Shown here: one piece after another, positions 46,635-54,600 of the stretch
Numbering within the stretch: the stretch's first letter is position 1
Layout of the letters: every line of letters starts with the position of its first letter
Assembly (NCBI GenBank): GCA_016927555.1
Contig: JAFGML010000031.1
Span: 10,971 to 74,970 of the forward strand
Direction: 5' to 3'
DNA length: 64,000 nucleotides
Origin: Thermoplasmatota archaeon
Lineage (GTDB): Archaea > Thermoplasmatota > E2 > DHVEG-1
Notes under the pieces: model-generated
What the model was told of the DNA's origin: nothing
Databases searched by the model: none
What the model saw: the letters and a program-made list of their open reading frames with translations, nothing else
Translations under genes and position numbers: made by a program

Positions 46635-47984
46635 TTACAGAGGGGCGGGTGGAATGAACCCTTCTTGCATCAGATTCGTCGTGATGTCTCGGGATTTCTT
46701 GATGAGAGCTGTGGCCTGCTCAAAGAGCTGCTGACGGGATGGTTTGAGGCGTGCGATCCCTTGGTTGATGGCTTGTAAGCCTACCGCGACTGCCTCCCGG
46801 GGAAACACATCCCAGGAGTCCATGGTGGGCACAATGTAGTCGTCCTGCAGGCCGTGGTCCTCAGCAGTGTGTGCGAGTTCAAGTGCAGCAGCAATGCACA
46901 TCTCATCAGTGATGGTCTCCGCGCGGACGTCCAGAGTCCCTCGGAAGATGCCAGGGAACCCAAGCGAGTTGTTGATTTGGTTGGGGAAATCTGACCTGCC
47001 TGTGGCGATGATACGAGCGCCGGCATCGCGTGCTTCCCATGGCCAGATTTCAGGGTTTGGGTTGGCGGTGGCAAACACAATAGCGTCATCTGCCATGGTG
47101 CTGACCCACGCTTTCTTTATAGTACCAGGTCCAGGTGTACTAGCAGCGATGCAGATGTCAGTGTTGCGTAGTGCTTCGGAGACGTTTCCGGTTCTTCCTT
47201 CGTGGTTTGAGTTCAGGCACATCTGCCACTTCTCAGGGTTGCTGTCTTTTTCTTTCTCCAAATCTTTCCTGGTGGGATGGAGAATTCCTTTGCTGTCTGC
47301 CATGATGATGTTCTTTTGTCGTACGCCTGCCGCGATGAGAACTCGGGCGATAGCGATGTTTGCTGCCCCTGCGCCTACCATGCTGACTAAGGTGGTGGAG
47401 AGGGGTTTACCAACGATCTTGAGTGCGTTGATGGCTCCTGCGGTGACGATGGTTGCTGTCCCTTGTTGGTCATCATGCCAGACGGGGATGTCCAGTTCCT
47501 TCCGCAGCCTGTTGAGGATGTAGAAGCACTTTGGTTTCGCGATGTCTTCCAGGTTGATGCCGCCGAAGCTGGGTTTGAGCCATTTGACTGCCTGGATAAT
47601 CTCGTCAGGATCTTTCGTGTCTAGACAGAGGGGGTACGCATCGACGCCCCCGAGGTACTTGAAGAGGAGTGATTTTCCTTCCATGACGGGGAGTCCTGCC
47701 TCAGGGCCGATGTCTCCTAAGCCAAGAACGCGAGTCCCATCGCTGACCACGGCGACGGTGTTCCACTTGTTGGTGTAGTCAAAGACTTTCAGCGGGTGCT
47801 TTTGTATGTCCTTGCACGGCTCTGCGACGCCGGGGGTGTACCAGATCGCGAAGTCGTTGAAATCTTTGATACGGCATTTGGGTATGACTTCTATTTTTCC
47901 ATGATAGAATGGATGTAACGCCATCGCGTCCTTCCCTGGTTTGTATGCCTTTTCAAGTAACTGTTTTTCTGTGAGATGGGTCAT
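46635..47984 (-). CDS. NAD(P)-dependent malic enzyme (oxaloacetate-decarboxylating malate dehydrogenase)
   Basis: 449 aa with DFAIWYTPGVAEPC, VSDGTRVLGLGDIGP, NLEDI and the dinucleotide fold MVGAGAANIAIA. Confidence 0.85.
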   Translation of the reverse strand: MTHLTEKQLLEKAYKPGKDAMALHPFYHGKIEVIPKCRIKDFNDFAIWYTPGVAEPCKDIQKHPLKVFDYTNKWNTVAVVSDGTRVLGLGDIGPEAGLPVMEGKSLLFKYLGGVDAYPLCLDTKDPDEIIQAVKWLKPSFGGINLEDIAKPKCFYILNRLRKELDIPVWHDDQQGTATIVTAGAINALKIVGKPLSTTLVSMVGAGAANIAIARVLIAAGVRQKNIIMADSKGILHPTRKDLEKEKDSNPEKWQMCLNSNHEGRTGNVSEALRNTDICIAASTPGPGTIKKAWVSTMADDAIVFATANPNPEIWPWEARDAGARIIATGRSDFPNQINNSLGFPGIFRGTLDVRAETITDEMCIAAALELAHTAEDHGLQDDYIVPTMDSWDVFPREAVAVGLQAINQGIARLKPSRQQLFEQATALIKKSRDITTNLMQEGFIPPAPL

Positions 47985-48191
47985 AGTGGTATCGCTCCGG
48001 TGTGTTGGTGTAGCGGTATTGTGTCATGCTATATTAATGCAACTTTTACATTGCGATGTAAACGCTGCAGACCTTCGTGTTTAGAAATGAGGAACGCAGC
48101 AGCTGACGGTAAAATTAGTCATGGAGTGCCTTTTTATTATTGATAGTTTTAAATATGATGTTTCGATAAACCATGTGCCAAGAAGCCGGAA

Positions 48192-48205
48192 AAGTATATA
48201 TAGAG
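48192..48205 (+). promoter_or_regulatory. TATA-box candidate for the hdrCBA array
   Basis: AAGTATATATAGAG lies about 40 nt upstream of the hdrC ATG (48242). GGGAG at 48233-48237 serves as the ribosome-binding site. Confidence 0.35.
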
Positions 48206-48219
48206 TTAACAATTGTTAA
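48206..48219. promoter_or_regulatory. Perfect 14-nt palindrome TTAACAATTGTTAA between the TATA candidate and the hdrC start (candidate operator)
   Basis: I verified it base by base; it is its own reverse complement. It lies immediately downstream of the TATA-like element. Confidence 0.3.
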
Positions 48220-48241
48220 TAATTGAGAACGCGGGAGTAAA

Positions 48242-48769
48242 ATGACGATCGTTGACTTAACTTCTATGGGGGAGCCGCAGACCGAGCAACAGAGAGAAAT
48301 CAACGCTCGACTTGTAAGCTTGCAGAATGAAATCTCAAGTTACTGTTACCAATGCGCAAAGTGCACCTCGGGGTGTGAGGCACATAAACTCCTTGAGCTG
48401 GAGCCGCATAAAATCGTCGCACTCCTTAAGCGAGGACTGATCAACGAGCTGGTCAACAGTGACATCATCTGGACATGCATGACCTGTATGAAATGCAGGG
48501 AACGGTGCCCGCAACGTGTCGCACCCATAGAAATCCTTTTCGCCCTCAAGAACATGGCGGTCGCCAGTGGGAAACAGATACCGGGGAAGTACACTGCCAT
48601 GCTCCAATCGATTCTCTCACTCGGACTAATCCAAGATATCCAACAGATTACAACACGGATGAACACTACGGTGAAACGAGATGAGCTAGGCCTACCGCCG
48701 CTCTCCAAACCAACCGATGCACAGAAATTCCAAGCAGCAGTCATGAAAATCGCCACAGAAAAAGTTTAA
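48242..48769 (+). CDS. hdrC: Heterodisulfide reductase subunit C-like
   Basis: 175 aa with two Fe-S motifs: CYQCAKCTSGCE and CMTCMKCRERCPQ. Confidence 0.8.
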   Translation: MTIVDLTSMGEPQTEQQREINARLVSLQNEISSYCYQCAKCTSGCEAHKLLELEPHKIVALLKRGLINELVNSDIIWTCMTCMKCRERCPQRVAPIEILFALKNMAVASGKQIPGKYTAMLQSILSLGLIQDIQQITTRMNTTVKRDELGLPPLSKPTDAQKFQAAVMKIATEKV

Positions 48770-48774
48770 CGCCT

Positions 48775-49662
48775 ATGACAACACACATGAAATACGCGCT
48801 GTACCCGGGGTGTCTGATGCCCACGGAGCAGTACGCCTATGAACTCTCCCTTCGAGAAAGCCTCCCTGTACTCCAGGTACAGTTGGTAGATGTTCCTGAG
48901 TTCTCATGCTGTGGCGAACCCATGAAGAGCGTCAACCAACTCCTCTCATTGTACCTGGCTGCGCGCAACATCGCCCTTGCTGAACAGCAGCAGCTTGATC
49001 TCTACGCGCCCTGCGCCATGTGCCACCTCGCACTCAGCGAATGCAAACATATACTGGACCACAACACAGCCATGAGAGAGCGCATCAATACCCTGCTGTC
49101 TGCAGAAAACCTGACGTACACAGGGTCGCAACAGGTGGTCCATACCATTGATTTACTCTACGATCACATCGGCATTGAAAAGATTAAACAGCAGGTGAAA
49201 CACCCGTTGAAGGGTTGGAAGCTGGCGGTCCATTACGGATGTCATGCGATACGGCCAAAGGAGATTGGTCGGCCTGATGACTCGGAACATCCATTGAAAA
49301 TTGAAGCCATCCTCAGAGCACTGGGCGCTGAACCCGTAGAAGACTACCCTGAGAAACTGGACTGCTGCGGGGCGCCACTACTCGCGAACCTCCCTGAATC
49401 AGCGTTGACGAAGACAGGGCAGAAACTCCAGGCGATCCAACACCACGGCATCCAGGGGCTCGTAGACGTCTGCCCCTGGTGTCACAAGATGTTTGACGCC
49501 CGACAGACAAAAGCAGGGGAAACCATCGCCGCGAAGCTTGACGTCCCGGTCTTTTATCTCACCCAGCTCCTTGGACTGGCGTTTGGTCTACCCGCTGAAA
49601 AACTAGGGTTACACTTGAATCAGAGCCCTGTTGAAAAACTCACCGTAGAGGGGGGAGCCTGA
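48775..49662 (+). CDS. hdrB: Heterodisulfide reductase subunit B-like (two CCG domains)
   Basis: 295 aa with YPGCLMP, EFSCCGEP, YGCHA, KLDCCGAP and CPWCH. Confidence 0.8.
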   Translation: MTTHMKYALYPGCLMPTEQYAYELSLRESLPVLQVQLVDVPEFSCCGEPMKSVNQLLSLYLAARNIALAEQQQLDLYAPCAMCHLALSECKHILDHNTAMRERINTLLSAENLTYTGSQQVVHTIDLLYDHIGIEKIKQQVKHPLKGWKLAVHYGCHAIRPKEIGRPDDSEHPLKIEAILRALGAEPVEDYPEKLDCCGAPLLANLPESALTKTGQKLQAIQHHGIQGLVDVCPWCHKMFDARQTKAGETIAAKLDVPVFYLTQLLGLAFGLPAEKLGLHLNQSPVEKLTVEGGA

Positions 49663-49665
49663 GCA

Positions 49666-51624
49666 GTGCGTCGCGTCGGGGTGTTCGTCTGTCACTGTGG
49701 CATCAATATTGCGCAGACCGTTGATGTCAAGGCATTGGCTGACTACGCAGGTACGCTGCCAAACGTTGTGATCGCCAAGGAGTACAAGTACATGTGCTCT
49801 GATGTCGGTGCAACACTGATCAAAGACTCCATTAAGAAACATAAATTGGATGCCGTGGTCATCGCCTCCTGCTCACCACGGATGCATGAGCATACCTTTC
49901 GTCGCGTTGCCAAGGACGGCGGGGTGAACCCGTATCGCGTGGAGATCGCAAACATCAGGGAGCAGTGCTCCTGGGCGCATACCACAAAAGAGGCGGCCAC
50001 CGAGAAGGCAAAAGCACTGGTGCGCAGCGCCGTGGGAAAGGCACGCTTGTTAGAACCACTGGAACCATCGATGATCCCCGTCGTTCCAAAAGCATTAGTG
50101 ATCGGTGGAGGCATCGCAGGCATCCAAGCCGCACTGGATCTCGCCAACGATGGCTTCGACATCACGCTTGTGGAACGTCAACCAAGCATCGGCGGGCACA
50201 TGGCACAACTGGATAAAACCTTCCCGACCCTGGACTGCTCCTCCTGCATTCTCACTCCAAAGATGATGGAGGTTGCTAATCACGAAAAAATCGAGCTGCT
50301 AACCTACGCTGAGCTGCAAAACGTAGAGGGCAGCATTGGGAATTACACGGTGACCATCAAGAAGAAACCCCGGTACGTTACTCTAGATAAATGTACGGGG
50401 TGTGGTGACTGTGCCGCAGCATGCAGGCTGAAAGACCGTGTCGTGAGTGAATTCAATGAAGGACTTGGGAAGCGCAGCGCTGCGTACATGCCGTTTCCCC
50501 AGGCAGTCCCGCTCAAGTACTGTATCGATGACTCCACATGCCTCTTCCTCACCAAGGGGAAGTGCGGAGATGAACCAGCGTGTCAGAAAGCCTGTGCGCA
50601 GGGCGCTATTGATTTCACCCAGAAAGAAGAACTTGTGGAGCGCAAAGTCGGGGCGATCATCGTCACCACGGGGTACCAGCTACTGGACCCAGGACGCCTC
50701 TACGAGTACGGCTATACGACATCACCGGATGTAATTACGTCTCTTGAACTCGAGCGGCTCATCAGCTCCTCAGGACCAACCAAAGGAGAGATCCTCCGAC
50801 CATCAAACCAGCAGAAACCCAAGAGCGTGACCTTCATCCTCTGCGCAGGCTCCCGTGATGAGACCCAGTGCACCTGGTGCTGCCGCATTGGATGCATGAG
50901 TGCACTCAAACAAGTCTACCTCCTCAAGGAGAAGCTCGGGGAGGACGTGGAAATCAACCTCTGCTACCAGGACATCAGGGCGTATGGAAAAGGCTACGAG
51001 GAGTTCTACCGGAAAGTCCGGGGGCTGCCGACGAATCTCTTCCGAGGACGTCCCTCGGAAGTCCGCGACATGAAGGAGTACCTGAAGATAGATATTTTTG
51101 ATACCACGACGAGTAAATTGTTTGAAATAAAAACCGACCTCGTCGTACTCATCCCAGCACTGATGCCACAGGCAGACGCGACAGCATTCGCCCGTCTCCT
51201 CCGCTTAACCCTCAGTGGCGACGGCTTCTTCCTCGAAGCACACCCGAAGCTCCGCCCTGTCGACACCTTCGTCAACGGAATCTTCATCGCAGGCTGCTGC
51301 CAGGGACCAAAAGATATACAGGACACCGTCTCACAGGCTAGTGCGGCTGCCTCGCGAGCAGCAACGATTCTGACAAAGAAAGAACTTGAGATCGACCCGC
51401 TCATCGCCATGGTCGATGAAGAGGCATGCACTGGGTGTGGCATCTGCGTGGAAGTCTGCCCGTACGAGGCACGTACGTTGAATGAGAGAACCCGTATCGC
51501 AGAGGTCAATGAAGCACTCTGCGCGGGCTGCGGTGCGTGTATCGCCGCATGCCCAAGCAACGCGTCTATTCACAAGAATTTCACAAAGAAGCAACTGCTG
51601 AACATGGTTGACGACATGATGTGA
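49666..51624 (+). CDS. hdrA: Heterodisulfide reductase subunit A
   Basis: 652 aa with a GTG start. It has the N-terminal VGVFVCHCGINI, the FAD fold ALVIGGGIAGIQAALDLA, LDKTFPTLDCSSCILTPK and C-terminal ferredoxin CTGCGICVEVCP / CAGCGACIAACP. Confidence 0.85.
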   Translation: MRRVGVFVCHCGINIAQTVDVKALADYAGTLPNVVIAKEYKYMCSDVGATLIKDSIKKHKLDAVVIASCSPRMHEHTFRRVAKDGGVNPYRVEIANIREQCSWAHTTKEAATEKAKALVRSAVGKARLLEPLEPSMIPVVPKALVIGGGIAGIQAALDLANDGFDITLVERQPSIGGHMAQLDKTFPTLDCSSCILTPKMMEVANHEKIELLTYAELQNVEGSIGNYTVTIKKKPRYVTLDKCTGCGDCAAACRLKDRVVSEFNEGLGKRSAAYMPFPQAVPLKYCIDDSTCLFLTKGKCGDEPACQKACAQGAIDFTQKEELVERKVGAIIVTTGYQLLDPGRLYEYGYTTSPDVITSLELERLISSSGPTKGEILRPSNQQKPKSVTFILCAGSRDETQCTWCCRIGCMSALKQVYLLKEKLGEDVEINLCYQDIRAYGKGYEEFYRKVRGLPTNLFRGRPSEVRDMKEYLKIDIFDTTTSKLFEIKTDLVVLIPALMPQADATAFARLLRLTLSGDGFFLEAHPKLRPVDTFVNGIFIAGCCQGPKDIQDTVSQASAAASRAATILTKKELEIDPLIAMVDEEACTGCGICVEVCPYEARTLNERTRIAEVNEALCAGCGACIAACPSNASIHKNFTKKQLLNMVDDMM

Positions 51625-51633
51625 GGTACCTGA

Positions 51634-54600
51634 ATGGGGAAGGATGCGAAAACAAAGACACCTGCAACAACGACCCATGGGTCAGTCATGGTCATCGGTG
51701 GTGGTATCTCAGGGATTCAGTCCTCACTGGATCTTGCTGATGCAGGGTTTAAAGTGTACCTCGTGGAGCGTGACCTCAGCATCGGGGGCACGATGACGCA
51801 GCTGGACAAGACGTTCCCGACCAATGATTGCGCGATGTGCATTCTTGCCCCAAAGCTCGTGTACACAGGACGGCATGAGAACATCAGGATTATCACCAAC
51901 GCAGAAGTCACTCGTGTCGCAGGTGAGGTCGGCAACTTCCAGGTGACACTGCGTAAGCATCCGCGGTACGTTGACTTAGAGAAATGTAACGGCTGCGGCG
52001 ATTGTGTCGAGCATTGCCCGGTCTCACTGCACTCTGCGTTTGATGAAGGACTTGCGACCCACAAGGCCATTTATCAACCGTTTCCTCAGGCAATTCCCAA
52101 CGCGTTTTCTATTCAAAAAAACCAGGGGGAATCCCCGTGTCGCATCGCCTGCCCAGCAGGCCTCAACGCCCACGCGTTCATCGCCCTCGCCGCCCAAGAA
52201 CAGTACGCAGAGGCCTACGAACTCATCAGAGAGATCATCCCCCTCCCAGGATCACTCGGACGAATCTGCTATCACCCCTGCGAAACCGACTGCAACCGGA
52301 AAGACATCGAAGAACCGTTGTCAATATGTAAAATACGACGCTACATCGCAGATCACATCTACCAACACCCAGAAGAACTCACCACATACAGACAGCTGCA
52401 GCAGGACAAACAAAAAGACATCAGCACCACAAAAAAGAAGAAACGAGGAAAAGGACAAAAAATCGCGATCATCGGCTCCGGACCCGCGGGACTGACCTGT
52501 GCTGTCGACCTCGCACAACAAGGCTACACACCCATCATCTATGAAGCAGAAAAACACAGCGGCGGCATGCTCCACTACGGCGTACCCGGCTACCGCCTCC
52601 CCAAAGACTATCTCCGCAAAGAAATCGACCTGCTCTGCACTGAGCACCACATCGAGATCAAAAACAACCAGAAACTCGGCAGAGACTTCACCCTACCTGA
52701 TCTCAAAAAACAAGGCTACCACGCCGTCTTCCTCGCTATCGGTGCCCACAAGAGCCGTGCTGCAGGCATCGAATGCTGCACCGGCACCGACACCTGCGCC
52801 CTTGAAGGAGTTGAATACCTCAAGCAACTCAACAGGAACATGATTGCACCCGACTACTTCAAAGGAAAAAAAATCCTGGTCATCGGCGGGGGCAACGTTG
52901 CTATGGACTCGGCACGCACCGCCCGACGACTCGGCGGCACCGTTACCATCCTCTACCGACGCACCCAGAAAGAAATGCCAGCACACACAGAAGAAATACA
53001 ACACGCACAAGATGAAGGCATCCCCTTCCAGTTCCTCACCGCACCAACCATGCTGCAGAAAAAAGAAAAAGAAACCTGTCTCCAATGCATACAAATGAAG
53101 CTCGGAGAACCAGATGACTCAGGCCGACGGCGACCACAGCCCGTTCCAAACTCTGAATTCGACATCCCCTGCGACTACACCATCTTTGCCATCGGACAAG
53201 AACTCGACACACAACTCATGGACGATGCCAACATAACGATTACGAAGAACGGGTTCATCCACGCTGACCCCCTCACCCTGCAGACCTCACAAGAATGGGT
53301 GTTCGCCGGGGGAGACGCTGTCAGCGGACCAGCCTCCGCCGTCGAAGCCATCGCCGCGGGACACCAAGCCGCCATCTCCATTGACCGATTTGTGAACAAC
53401 CAGGACCTCATCGCAGGACGCAACCACAGAGAACAAAAAAAAGCAGACATCCCCCCCGCAACTGTTCGCATTCCCATCCCCCGGGAACACTCCATGCTTC
53501 TTCCGGTTGAAGAACGCATCACATCTTTCGCAGAGGTTGACCAGGGGTTCACCAGAGAGCAACTGCTCCGTGAGGCAAAACGATGCCTCAACTGCTCCGG
53601 GTGCTGCGAATGCCTGCAATGTGTACTGTGGTGCGGCCGCGATGCGATTTCTCATGAGATGAAACTGTCTACCGAGACTATTGATGTTGGGGCTGTCATC
53701 CTGTCCCCGGGATTCTCAGAGTACAGCCCGCCGAAAGCAGATAGCTATGGGTACCAGGTCTACCCCAACGTGCTGACGAGTATTGAGTTCGAGCGGATGC
53801 TGTCAGCCTCAGGACCCTACAAGGGGCACATCCAGCGTATCTCCGATGGAAAGAGTCCAAAGAAGATAGCGTGGTTACAATGCATTGGGTCCCGGGATGA
53901 GAGCTGTAATCGGAAGTATTGTTCTTCCGTTTGCTGCATGTACGCGACCAAAGAAGCGGTCATTGCCAAGGAGCATGCACCAGGGGTTGAGACCCACATC
54001 TACTTCATGGATATGCGGTCCTTCGGCAAAGACTTTGAGAAGTACTATTCCCGCGCCCAAGAGGAGTACGGGGTGGTGTACCGTCGATGTCGTATCTCAA
54101 AAGTGGAGCAGCAGCGGCAGTCCAAGGACCTCGTGATCCGCTACGTTGCCGATGATGGTACGATGAAGCAGGAGACTTATGGCATGGTCGTGCTGTCCGT
54201 CGGGTTACAACCATGTAGCGCGCTTGGTGAACTCAGCAAAGCTGTGGATGTGAACCTCAACGAGTATGGATTCGTTGACACAGATCCCGTTGATCCAGTG
54301 CTTACAACCCGGGAAGGCGTGTACGCCTCAGGGACGGTCACAGAGCCAAAGGACATCCCTGAGAGTGTCACACAAGCCTCTGCGGCGGCAGCAGAAGCAG
54401 CAAAAGCAATCGCTGATGCCCGTGGCTCTGAAATCGTTGAGAAAACCTACCCAGCAGAACGTGATGTGAAAGCAGAGCTCCCCAGAATCGGTGTGTTTGT
54501 GTGCCACTGTGGGATCAACATCGCTGGCGTCGTGGATATCAAACGAGTCGTGGAACTCGCACACACCCTTCCCTACGTCGTGTACGCTGATGACAGCATT

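Noticed and set aside
46867-47523. 218-aa plus-strand ORF inside the malic enzyme gene, and long antisense ORFs inside hdrA genes (for example 51006..51560 and 55473..56102)
   Set aside because: They lie antisense to strongly supported genes. The mirror-frame ORFs have Ser/Ala/Arg-rich composition.
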